This document shows positions 36,370-45,047 of a stretch of DNA of 64,000 bases, in pieces. This DNA is from Candidatus Hadarchaeum sp. (GTDB lineage: Archaea > Hadarchaeota > Hadarchaeia > Hadarchaeales > Hadarchaeaceae). Under the pieces are notes generated by a model that was not told where the DNA came from, searched no databases, and saw nothing but the letters and a program-made list of their open reading frames with translations. Position numbers and translations under genes: made by a program. Each line of letters starts with the position of its first letter. The stretch's first letter is position 1. The stretch lies in the NCBI RefSeq assembly GCF_049969415.1, contig NZ_JBMFOX010000001.1, positions 2,405 to 66,404 on the forward strand. Direction: 5' to 3'.

Positions 36370-36715
36370 GTTCTCCCTCCTCCGGTTCCTGCGGTGGCCT
36401 ATCGGCGATTATCAGAGGCCTGCGCTCGACCATCATCTGAACGACCTTTTTTCTGGCGCTCTCCAGACAGCGCCACACGGTGCCGCGGGAGATCTTCATC
36501 CTCTGGGCGACCTCATCCTGATTCAGGCCCTCGATGTAGGTCAGGCGGAGGGACTCGTACTCATCGTAGGAGAGATAGATCGGCCCTGAGGTGGAAATCG
36601 GCCCCTCTCCGGGAGACCAAGGAACGAACATAGTCGGGGCCGGTATGGAGCTGAGAAATCTCGGCTTCATCGGCCTGCCCGGACCGTGCCTTCGCCAGCA
36701 CCATCTTCGCGGCAT
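36329..36715 (-). CDS. DUF134/UPF0251-family DNA-binding protein
   Basis: MPRRWCWRRHGPGRPMKPRF...DEYESLRLTYIEGLNQDEVAQRMKISRGTVWRCLESARKK matches the DUF134 layout. Start re-set to MPRRW. Confidence 0.6.
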   Translation of the reverse strand: MPRRWCWRRHGPGRPMKPRFLSSIPAPTMFVPWSPGEGPISTSGPIYLSYDEYESLRLTYIEGLNQDEVAQRMKISRGTVWRCLESARKKVVQMMVERRPLIIADRPPQEPEEGELARDRWPETYGSD

Positions 36716-36759
36716 GGTATCATTACTTTTGTGTTCATTCGCACATAATAACATTTACC

Positions 36760-38763
36760 TCAGATTCCCAGAGGGTTGAGGTGATTGAAGATCCCGCCCA
36801 CCAGCAGAGCGAGGACAAAGGTACCGATTGTTATCAGTATCGCGTCCTTCCATCCCAGCTCCTGCTTGAGGGCCGCCACGGTCGCCGCGCAGGGGACGTA
36901 GATTGAGACGACGAGGGCGAAGACAAAAAGCTGCAGCGGCGTCATGAACTCCAGCAGATTTGAGGTACCGGCCAACGCGACCAGCAGAACCAGTGCCCCC
37001 TCCTTCCTGATAAAACCGTAAAGCAGCGAGATGATGGTTACCGCGGGCAGTCCGAGCCAGCCCGAGGTAAGCGGGGAAAGCGGGCTTACTATCACGGACA
37101 GCAAGCCGGAAACGTCCAGGGCACCTATTGCCAAGCTGCCGAGGATGAGGATCGGGGTGGCAAAGTAAACGAAGTGCTTCATCCTCATCCAGGTCTTACT
37201 CAACAGGGGCCTGAGCATGGGGACGCGCAGCGGCGGCACCTCCATTATCATCCCGGAAACCTTACCGCGCAGAAAGCGGTTGAGGAGCAAACCGACGATG
37301 AAGATCAGGACCAAGATGATGCCGTAGATTAGAAGCGCGTACTGGACCCCCAAAAAATATCCCACCGTGCCCAAGATGACGGCAGTCCGGGCGGAGCAGG
37401 GTACCATGGTGATGAGGAAGTTGGCGATCAACCTCTCCCGCCTCGTCGTCAGCACCCGGGTGGACATAATCGCGGGCACGTTGCAGCCGAATCCGCCCAG
37501 CATCGGGACGACTGCACGGCCGTGAAGTCCTATCCGGTGCATCGCTGAATCCATCACGAAGGCCATGCGCGGAAGATAGCCCACATCCTCAAGCAGGGCA
37601 AGGATGAGAAAAAAGACCAGAATGTATGGGATCACGACCGCCAAGATCCCGGAAATACCCTGGTTAATTCCGATGTCAAGGACCCGTCCCAGATTGCCAA
37701 GAGAAGTAAAAAAGCCGCTGAGAACGGGAGAAACATAGGCATCCCAAGCTCCAACCACCAACCCCTCCAAAAATCCACCCACGTAGATCAATAGGAGGAT
37801 AAGGGCGGCAAACACGGCCAACATTATCGGTACGCCCGTTCGCATGTTTGAGGTGATGTCGTCCAGACGGTAGGTCCACTTCGGCTTGACCGGAACTATG
37901 TCAGTCACCTCCTTCGAAATCATGGCCGCGATCCCATGGCGCTCGCGGGCAATCCTGTAAGCGGACGGCTCCCCGTACTCAACCGCCATTTCCCGCGCCA
38001 GCTTTCTCGCCTTCATCAAAAAGCTCTCGCTGCCGGGGAGATCAGCCACGGCCCGGATGAGGTGTTCATCGCCCTCTAAGAGCTTTAGGGCCAGAGTGCG
38101 GGCGGAGAGATTGAAAGGGGCCTTGCCCCGGAACTTTGCGATCTCGACCGCGAGTTCCCTTATCGCCTTCTCCGTGTCCCGGCTCAGTGGCAAAACCCGC
38201 TTGGGTCTTTTTCCCTCGAGGGCAATCTTTATGGCCTCATCAAAGGCCCTGGCCACGTTTTCCCCGTGGGTGGCCACGGTGGTTATCACCGGCAAACCGA
38301 GCTTCTTCGCGAGCTTTTCCGTGCTCGGGTGAAGCCCCTTCGCCAGCGCCACATCATACATATTCAAAACCAGCAGCATCGGACGACCCAGCTCCATCAG
38401 CTGCAGGGTCAAGAAAAGACTACGCTCCAAGTTAGAGGCGTCGGCTATGTTCATAATCACGTCGGGCTCCTGTTCCAAGATAGCACGCCGGGCAACCAGC
38501 TCATCTTGGGAAACCGCACCAAGCGAATAAACTCCAGGCAGATCGATTACCCTGATGTCGTGCTCGCCGCGCTTCACCCGGCCCTCCATCAGCTCCACCG
38601 TTGTTCCGGGATAATTGGAAATTATAACATCAGCCCCGGTGATCTGATGAAAGATCGCGCTCTTGCCCACGTTGGGAGTTCCCGCAAGCGCCACCACTAT
38701 CTCGGGTTTTTTTGTTTCCGGCACCGAAATCACCAAAGATTTAATGCCAGCCCCGACCGGCAC
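36760..38763 (-). CDS. feoB: Ferrous iron transporter FeoB
   Basis: G-domain GTPNVGKS and DLPG motifs; polytopic C-terminal permease. Confidence 0.9.
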   Translation of the reverse strand: MPVGAGIKSLVISVPETKKPEIVVALAGTPNVGKSAIFHQITGADVIISNYPGTTVELMEGRVKRGEHDIRVIDLPGVYSLGAVSQDELVARRAILEQEPDVIMNIADASNLERSLFLTLQLMELGRPMLLVLNMYDVALAKGLHPSTEKLAKKLGLPVITTVATHGENVARAFDEAIKIALEGKRPKRVLPLSRDTEKAIRELAVEIAKFRGKAPFNLSARTLALKLLEGDEHLIRAVADLPGSESFLMKARKLAREMAVEYGEPSAYRIARERHGIAAMISKEVTDIVPVKPKWTYRLDDITSNMRTGVPIMLAVFAALILLLIYVGGFLEGLVVGAWDAYVSPVLSGFFTSLGNLGRVLDIGINQGISGILAVVIPYILVFFLILALLEDVGYLPRMAFVMDSAMHRIGLHGRAVVPMLGGFGCNVPAIMSTRVLTTRRERLIANFLITMVPCSARTAVILGTVGYFLGVQYALLIYGIILVLIFIVGLLLNRFLRGKVSGMIMEVPPLRVPMLRPLLSKTWMRMKHFVYFATPILILGSLAIGALDVSGLLSVIVSPLSPLTSGWLGLPAVTIISLLYGFIRKEGALVLLVALAGTSNLLEFMTPLQLFVFALVVSIYVPCAATVAALKQELGWKDAILITIGTFVLALLVGGIFNHLNPLGI

Positions 38764-39469
38764 GGCGCCGAACCCTTCTCATCGCTGCCCGCTTCACCAA
38801 AATTTTTGAAGCTATGTCGCGGCTGAGCGCGACCTGTATTTTACCGCACTGGAGCATGATGGCCCCGCGAGGGAGCTTTTCTGTCACCATCACCTTAGAA
38901 CCGGGGAGGATGTTCAACGCCAGCAGACGTTCCACCGCCTCCTTCTCCTCCGGAATCGTCGCCACCGTTCCCCATTCGCCGCACCCCAGGTCTGAAAGAG
39001 GTTCCAAGCTTGGCTGTTCCGAATTGCCTCTGGATCGAGGTATGATCCCCCCGTGAGGACAGGTAACCGGCCTTTTGAGGAGTTCGTCAATTTTTTCCGT
39101 CAGCTCATCGTCGAAAACATGCTCGAACTCGCAGGCGTGTTCATGGATCCCTGGCAGCTCATGACCAAAGACATCACAAAGCAAACGCTCCGCCAACTTG
39201 TGGCGTCGCACGACCCTGATAGCCTCGTCCATGCCGCGGTCGGTAAGCGCGGCCCCGGAACGATCTCGAGTAACCAACCCCTTATCGCTCAGCCGGGAAA
39301 GCATCTCGACCACGCTGGGGTCCTTTACCTTAAGTTTCTGGGCTAGCTCGCTCACCTTGACCCGTTGCTTTGCCTTGGACTGCTCCCTGTAGATGGCCTC
39401 CAGATACTCCTCCTCCGAGGCCGAGAGCTTGGATCCCTTCCTGCACGCGTGCGGGACCATAGTAATCAT
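38741..39469 (-). CDS. DtxR-family metal-dependent regulator fused to a C-terminal FeoA-like domain
   Basis: N-terminal DtxR HTH plus metal-site residues. C-terminal SH3-like FeoA segment (GEWGTVATI...LNILPGSKVMV). Confidence 0.7.
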   Translation of the reverse strand: MITMVPHACRKGSKLSASEEEYLEAIYREQSKAKQRVKVSELAQKLKVKDPSVVEMLSRLSDKGLVTRDRSGAALTDRGMDEAIRVVRRHKLAERLLCDVFGHELPGIHEHACEFEHVFDDELTEKIDELLKRPVTCPHGGIIPRSRGNSEQPSLEPLSDLGCGEWGTVATIPEEKEAVERLLALNILPGSKVMVTEKLPRGAIMLQCGKIQVALSRDIASKILVKRAAMRRVRRRAGRGWH

Positions 39470-39514
39470 TAATTAGGTAAACCTAAATTAATTTAAATCT
39501 TTAGGCGAACCTAA
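39468..39514 (+). promoter_or_regulatory. Two DtxR-box-like inverted repeats, TTAGGT-AA-ACCTAA (39473-39486) and TTAGG-CGAA-CCTAA (39501-39514), flanking the TATA-like TTTAAAT (39492-39498) directly at the start codon of the dtxR-feoA gene
   Basis: Read directly from the sequence. Same half-site (TTAGG/CCTAA) as the repeat at 34839-34861. Confidence 0.4.
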
Positions 39515-39602
39515 AAATCACCGCACGCTAAAAACACGTCAAAGGAAAAACCCAACACAAGGCTTTTAGAAAACATGATCAATTTAATGACGTTATGATA
39601 CC

Positions 39603-41291
39603 ATGCAGGACGTCTCCATACTCATAGGCGGCCAAGCCGGAGACGGAATGATGAGGGCTGCCGAACTGATTGGCAGAATCTTCAACCGACTGGGCCTTTA
39701 CGCCTTTGTGATAAACGACTACGGATCGCTCATCCGGGGAGGCCATAACTTTTGCAAGATAAGGGCGGCGGATAGGCAGATTTGGCATCACCGGGATTCT
39801 GTGGACCTTATCGCCGCCGTTAACCAAGACACCATAGCCAAGCACCAAAACGAGCTGACAAGCGGTGGCCGCGTTCTCTATGACAGCGACACGGCTAAGT
39901 ACGAAGGACCCCACGAACCGTTGCCGATACCGCTTACAACAATGGTCAAAGGTGTGGGCGGTGTTCCCATCATGAGAAACTCGGCAATGATCGGCGCCAT
40001 CGCTGGTCTTTGCGGAGTTCCGTTAAACATTATCGAAGACATCCTCAACCGAGCCTACGGTGAAAAAGCGGCCAAAAACATTGAGCTTGTAAAAATGGGA
40101 TATGAATTCGCCGGGAAAAATTTCAAGCCAATTCTAAAAATCGAGATAATAAAACGTGATCCAACTCCATTTATCTCGGGAGCAGAGAGCTTGGCCCTCG
40201 GAGCGGTCAAGGCAGGGATGAAGCTTTACATCACTTACCCCATGACCCCTTCAACCGCCATCCTGAACTACCTCGGTCCGGCCCAAGACGAGCTCGGCAT
40301 CGTTTTGGTGCATCCGGAAAATGAGATCGGGGTAGCCAACATGGCGCTGGGCGCGGCCTATGCGGGGGTGAGAACGATGGTCGGCACGGCTGGCGGCGGC
40401 TTTGCCCTGATGCAGGAAGCATTCAGCATGGCCGGCCAAGCTGAAATCCCTGTTGTGTTCGTTGTGGGGCAACGGGTTGCCCCGGCCGTGGGAGCACCCA
40501 CCTACACCGCACAGGCGGACCTAAAGTTCTTGCTCAACGCCGGACACGGAGAGTTTCCACGCATAGTTGTGGCCCCGGGAGATCCGGAGGAGGCGTTCGT
40601 GAAAACTGGTGAGGTTATGAACCTAGCTTGGAAGTACCAATCGCCAGCCATTGTCATCGTAGACAAGCACCTCCTGGAGAGTTACATGAGCATCGCGATC
40701 GACGAGAATGGGGTTCGGTTGGAACCGGCTGAGTTCGCCGCGGAACAGGTAGAGTATCGGAGATATCGGTTCACCGATAGTGGAATATCACCAATTACAT
40801 TCCCTGGCAAGAAAGGTGCTGTCGTCAAGGTCACCAGCTATGAACACGATGAGTATGGATACGCTGAAGAAACCGCAGAGGGCATACAAAAAATGCAGGA
40901 GAAAAGGTTGCGAAAGCTCTCATCGATGATCCGAGATCTTAAGGAAAGGGAGACGGTGAAAATCCACGGTGATTCAAAGGCTGAAAACCTGGTGTTGGCA
41001 TGGGGTTCCACCAAAGGGGCAATCCTGGAAGCGATGAACCTCATCGACAGACCGATACGGTTCCTGCAGATCATTTATCTGAGCCCGTTCCCAGAGTGGG
41101 AGGTTTCCCGGCATCTCAGAACAGCGAATAATGTTCTATTGGTCGAGGGCAACCTAACCGGTCAACTCGGATCACTGATAGCAGAAAAAACTGGATTCCG
41201 CATTAAAAACGCCGTTCTCAAAAATGATGGAAGGCCATTTGACCCTGTTCTCTTGGCAAACAAGATACGGGAGGCGTTCGGATGGAAATGA
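39603..41291 (+). CDS. 2-oxoacid:ferredoxin oxidoreductase, alpha subunit with a fused N-terminal gamma domain
   Basis: N-terminal ILIGGQAGDGMM (gamma-type), then the alpha-domain TPP/pyrimidine-binding region. 562 aa. Confidence 0.8.
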   Translation: MQDVSILIGGQAGDGMMRAAELIGRIFNRLGLYAFVINDYGSLIRGGHNFCKIRAADRQIWHHRDSVDLIAAVNQDTIAKHQNELTSGGRVLYDSDTAKYEGPHEPLPIPLTTMVKGVGGVPIMRNSAMIGAIAGLCGVPLNIIEDILNRAYGEKAAKNIELVKMGYEFAGKNFKPILKIEIIKRDPTPFISGAESLALGAVKAGMKLYITYPMTPSTAILNYLGPAQDELGIVLVHPENEIGVANMALGAAYAGVRTMVGTAGGGFALMQEAFSMAGQAEIPVVFVVGQRVAPAVGAPTYTAQADLKFLLNAGHGEFPRIVVAPGDPEEAFVKTGEVMNLAWKYQSPAIVIVDKHLLESYMSIAIDENGVRLEPAEFAAEQVEYRRYRFTDSGISPITFPGKKGAVVKVTSYEHDEYGYAEETAEGIQKMQEKRLRKLSSMIRDLKERETVKIHGDSKAENLVLAWGSTKGAILEAMNLIDRPIRFLQIIYLSPFPEWEVSRHLRTANNVLLVEGNLTGQLGSLIAEKTGFRIKNAVLKNDGRPFDPVLLANKIREAFGWK

Positions 41292-42130
41292 GGGAATTCG
41301 ACACTCCGACGAAAAACACTTGGTGTCCAGGCTGCAACAATTTCGGCATCCTAACCGCCGTCAAGCAGGCGCTGGCGGAACTGGTGAATTCCGGAGAAAT
41401 GAAACCGGAGGAGATTGTAATCCTATCTGGAGTGGGGTGCCACGGCAAGATATCCGATTACATCAAGGTCAACAGCTTTTACTGCCTGCATGGAAGAACG
41501 ATACCGCCGGCAATGGGGATAAGGGTTGCCAACCAGAAGTTGAAAGTCATTGCTTTTTCCGGCGACGGTGACGCCTACGCCGAAGGAATCAGCCACGTCA
41601 TCCACGCGGCGCGGAGAAATCTAGACATAACATTGGTCGTGCACGACAACGAAGTTTTTGCCCTGACGACATCGCAGGTGACGCCCACCACCAAGAAAGG
41701 ATTCAAGACAAAGTCCGCTCCAAAGGGAAGTTTTGAAACCCCACTAAATCCGCTGCATCTCATGCTATCGTGCGGGGCCACCTTTGTGGCTCGCGGATTT
41801 TCGGGTGATATAAAGCATCTTAAGTCAATACTAATCGAAGCCGTCAGACACCGTGGCTTTAGCTTCATTGACGTTATTCAGGAATGTGTGACCTTTAACC
41901 CAATCAAGGAAAAATACCTGCCCAAAATTTATGATCTCAACAAAGAAGGCCACAAGGTGACAGACTTCTCCGCCGCCTGGAAAAGGGCGAGCGAGATCGA
42001 AAGGATACCGATAGGGATCTTCTATCGGGAGGAGAGAGAAACGTACGAAAAACAGCTGCTGAACGAAAGAATCCTCGTGGAAGAAGGACCAGTACCATCG
42101 ATAAAAAAGGTACTTCAGGAATTCACTTGA
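41282..42130 (+). CDS. 2-oxoacid:ferredoxin oxidoreductase, beta subunit (TPP-binding)
   Basis: GCHGKISDY...GDGDAYAEG TPP motif. 10-nt overlap with alpha. Confidence 0.8.
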   Translation: MEMREFDTPTKNTWCPGCNNFGILTAVKQALAELVNSGEMKPEEIVILSGVGCHGKISDYIKVNSFYCLHGRTIPPAMGIRVANQKLKVIAFSGDGDAYAEGISHVIHAARRNLDITLVVHDNEVFALTTSQVTPTTKKGFKTKSAPKGSFETPLNPLHLMLSCGATFVARGFSGDIKHLKSILIEAVRHRGFSFIDVIQECVTFNPIKEKYLPKIYDLNKEGHKVTDFSAAWKRASEIERIPIGIFYREERETYEKQLLNERILVEEGPVPSIKKVLQEFT

Positions 42131-42236
42131 ATTATTTTGAAAAGCTTAAATCCCGGCGGGAAAAAACTACTTGCATGCCAATTGACCGGGATTTTACGGC
42201 GAAGAGAAAAAAGTCGGGGCGCACTTAGGACATGAT

Positions 42237-42485
42237 GTGTTGGGACCGGTCAATTCGCCGAAAGAACTTGGAATCAACGGCACTTCAGTGACAGTTGACT
42301 GGGATGTATGCAATGGGTGTGCAACTTGTTCCGAGGTTTTCTCCTGTCAACATATTCGACACGGTTGAGGTGCAAAACATCCCACCCCAAATAGAAAATC
42401 TGATCCGGCAAGAGAACCCGACTGCATAAAGTGCCTCGCCTGCAAAAGCAGCTGCCCGACCAAGGCCATCCGGATTGAAAAATAA
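42237..42485 (+). pseudogene. Degenerate 2x[4Fe-4S] ferredoxin-like ORF (a delta-subunit-like remnant) with an in-frame TGA at 42366-42368
   Basis: Frame 0: ...VTVDWDVCNGCATCSEVFSCQHIRHG-TGA-GAKHPTPNRKSDPAREPDCIKCLACKSSCPTKAIRIEK. The first Cys cluster is irregular and the second is canonical. The +1 frame reads SPVNIFDTVEVQNIPPQIEN between them. Confidence 0.3.
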
Positions 42486-42529
42486 TCCACCGCCAACGCC
42501 AATCTTCCAGTACCCAATCACGCCTCAAC

Positions 42530-43042
42530 TCACAAGAACCTCTGAAACCTGTCCTTTTTCGCCCGGCAGATGGGACAAACCTCAGGAGGCTCTTCCCGCG
42601 CGCACAAATATCCACAAACAACACAGCGCCACACGGGAAGTGAAATTCCGGAGATTCCAGTGGAAACCGATGCCAACTTTGCCCTTTCCCGCTCCCCAGG
42701 CGGCGGGCGTCTTTCCGGTATCGAGCCAATTGTCTTTTTTCCGTCCAGCACTTCTTGGGAGACATAAAGGCCGCAATAGCAGGCACCGTAATCGTTTAGA
42801 TCTGCGTCCCGGTAATCACAGGGGCAGATGATATCCAAGTCCTCTTCTTTCTTGCCGGAGGCCAATCTGCAGGGGCAGGACCAGTATCCGTATCTTTGTT
42901 CGTTTACCAGCAAGCCTTTCACGAGGCTTTTGGCAAACTCGACATCGTTATTGAGGTGGTAGCCTGCTGCCTCCGCCTCCTTTTTCAGCCTGTTGTAAAG
43001 ATTATCGACGCTTTCCGGAGTTATCAAAACTTCACCGCTCAC
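42530..43042 (-). CDS. Ferredoxin:thioredoxin-reductase catalytic-subunit-like domain fused to a C-terminal rubredoxin domain (FDR-type)
   Basis: CPCR...CPC...CYC motif; C-terminal WRCVVCGY...CPICRAKK. Confidence 0.65.
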   Translation of the reverse strand: MSGEVLITPESVDNLYNRLKKEAEAAGYHLNNDVEFAKSLVKGLLVNEQRYGYWSCPCRLASGKKEEDLDIICPCDYRDADLNDYGACYCGLYVSQEVLDGKKTIGSIPERRPPPGERERAKLASVSTGISGISLPVWRCVVCGYLCAREEPPEVCPICRAKKDRFQRFL

Positions 43043-43317
43043 AGTCCCAGCGCCTTTTTTATCTCCTCCTCCTTAAATCCGACTACAACTCTGTTGTTAA
43101 TCACGATTGTGGGAAAAGATCTTCTCGGATTCCAACGATCCATTTCCCGCAAGGCCTCCTTTCTGCTTTCGCCGTCTAGAAGGTCTACATCCACATAAAA
43201 ATAATCAACACCAAGGCTGTCCAAAAGCCTCTTAGTTTTGCTACACCAGACGCATGTGCTCAGCGCGTACAAAACCACATCGCCCCTTTTTCTACCCTCA
43301 ACATGGTTCATTTTCAT
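43039..43317 (-). CDS. Glutaredoxin/thioredoxin-fold protein
   Basis: CVWC active site. 4-nt overlap with the upstream gene. Confidence 0.65.
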   Translation of the reverse strand: MKMNHVEGRKRGDVVLYALSTCVWCSKTKRLLDSLGVDYFYVDVDLLDGESRKEALREMDRWNPRRSFPTIVINNRVVVGFKEEEIKKALGL

Positions 43318-43458
43318 GGATCTCCTCTTTCAATCATGATTTCTGTTAGAATATCGAAAAGAATCTCTTGGTTTCTACGGAAGTATGGTCATTGGGCCGG
43401 GGCATGAAAAAATTGCCCCAGCGAAGCTTCTGGGCTGGACCCAAACAATCGCTGCCCA

Positions 43459-43884
43459 TTATATTTCTTCCATCAGTGTGGTAAAGGTGTCGTGGTGCTC
43501 TTCTTCGTCCTCAAGGATGTGTCTGAAAATCAGATTGGCTACTTCGTCGCCCTCCTTTCTCGCCAACTCTATTATCTTGGTGTACATGCTGATGGCGTTT
43601 TCCTCATCCTTTATGTCCTGGGCAATCATCTCTTTGAGGGTCTTGCCTACGACGATAGGCGAAGGCTTGGTCGTGGGCGTGCCTCCAAGGTAGTAAAGCC
43701 TTTCGGCTATCTTTTCCGCGTGCTTCATCTCAACTATGGCTATTTTTTTAAGCTCGTCCTTTACGGCAAAGCCCTTTACTCCGCCCCACATGACGTGCTG
43801 CCACATATACTGTATCGAGACTTGAAGTTCCCTAGCAATCGCGTCGTTTAACAGGTCCAGCAATTCCTTTGAAACCTTTTTCAT
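43459..43884 (-). CDS. Ferritin-like diiron protein (bacterioferritin/rubrerythrin-like)
   Basis: ExxH spacing (EMKHAEK..., EDEEEHHD), 141 aa. Confidence 0.5.
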   Translation of the reverse strand: MKKVSKELLDLLNDAIARELQVSIQYMWQHVMWGGVKGFAVKDELKKIAIVEMKHAEKIAERLYYLGGTPTTKPSPIVVGKTLKEMIAQDIKDEENAISMYTKIIELARKEGDEVANLIFRHILEDEEEHHDTFTTLMEEI

Positions 43885-44032
43885 TTTTTCACCATCTTAT
43901 TCTATCCCTCTCAACATTTTAATCTATTTGGAAGCTGTTTTTTATGGGAAGTAGATACCTCAAATGGGTCAAAACACTCCGACTCGGTGAATAAAAAAAC
44001 AAAAACAACCTGCCACACGGGGCCGTCATAAA

Positions 44033-44206
44033 CTACTTCTTCTTCGCCTTTTTAGCCGGCGCGGTGACTTTTTTCATCGGCACGTCGCAGCAAATCAAAT
44101 CACAAACTGCACACCCGCAATCCTCTTCAACCGCAACAACGACCCCGCATTTTTCGCACTGATATCTTTCTCCCTTCTTGGCCAACCAAAATCCCCAACA
44201 GATCAT
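44033..44206 (-). CDS. Desulforedoxin-like small metal-binding protein, 57 aa
   Basis: YQCEKCGVVVAVEEDCGCAVCDLICCD resembles the desulforedoxin C-x2-C...CC pattern. Lys-rich tail. Confidence 0.35.
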   Translation of the reverse strand: MICWGFWLAKKGERYQCEKCGVVVAVEEDCGCAVCDLICCDVPMKKVTAPAKKAKKK

Positions 44207-44364
44207 ACAGCTGGCCCATATTTATCAATTTCGGAAAATCTTCGCCCTAACCTGCGAAACCAAGTCCAATATCGACCGCTACGCCGCAACCTTTATCTAG
44301 GTGCCTCCACCGGGCTGAAATTACTCGACCCCTTAGGAACCAACAGGCGAAGCAGGAATCTCCT

Positions 44365-44372
44365 ATATTTAT
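44365..44372 (+). promoter_or_regulatory. TATA-like box TATATTTA upstream of the por operon
   Basis: AT-rich octamer about 50 bp upstream of the first candidate start. Confidence 0.3.
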
Positions 44373-44420
44373 CGCTAAATCGGCTGCTGCAGGTAAAAAA
44401 AGACCAAGCTTCCTCTTCCG

Positions 44421-45047
44421 GTGGGAACTAAAACAGGGGACAATTTTCCGTTCAACTCACCGATCAAAATTTATAAGGGAACGCTAACTTTTGTTAAAAG
44501 GAAAAAGGGGATTTTCACGATAGAGATAAGATTCCACGGCAGGGGCGGTCAAGGGGCCGTTACCGCGGCGCGCCTTTTGGCAGAGGCCGCCTTCCTCGAG
44601 GGCAACTACTGCCAGGCCTTTCCCTTTTTCGGTGCAGAAAGGCGCGGTGCTCCCGTGGTGGCCTTCACCCGCATCAACAAACAGCCCATCCGCACCCGCG
44701 AACAGGTCTACAGTCCAGACTATGTGGTGGTGCTCGACCCGACTCTGGTTGAAGCCGTCGATGTGGCCGCGGGGCTGAAACCCGAAGGGATTGTGATTCT
44801 TAATTCCAAAAAAGTTCCCGAAAATCTGGAAGGAAAAAAGATCGCGGTTGTGGACGCGACCAAAATCGCCATCGAAAACTTGGGAATTCCGATAACGAAC
44901 ACCACAATGCTCGGAGCACTGGCACGTGCCACCGGCGTGGTCTCACTGGAATCAATCTCAAAGGTGATTGAGAAGAGGTTCGGAAAGCTGGCCGAGAAAA
45001 ACATTAGTGCGGCCAAGCGAGCCTATGAAGAGACGGTGATCTCATGA
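44421..45047 (+). CDS. porG: Pyruvate:ferredoxin oxidoreductase gamma subunit. The true start is probably downstream; the conserved domain begins near 44519
   Basis: [17 protein letters not shown] motif. No canonical start codon sits directly before IEIRFHG. Confidence 0.8.

Noticed and set aside
42366-42368. Selenocysteine reading of the in-frame TGA in the ferredoxin-like ORF
   Set aside because: The TGA does not sit at a Cys-ligand position of the cluster motif; the surrounding sequence is frame-scrambled; no Sec-related genes are visible
42274-42786. 170-aa minus-strand ORF
   Set aside because: Overlaps the FTR-rubredoxin gene out of frame and spans the ferredoxin remnant; no motifs
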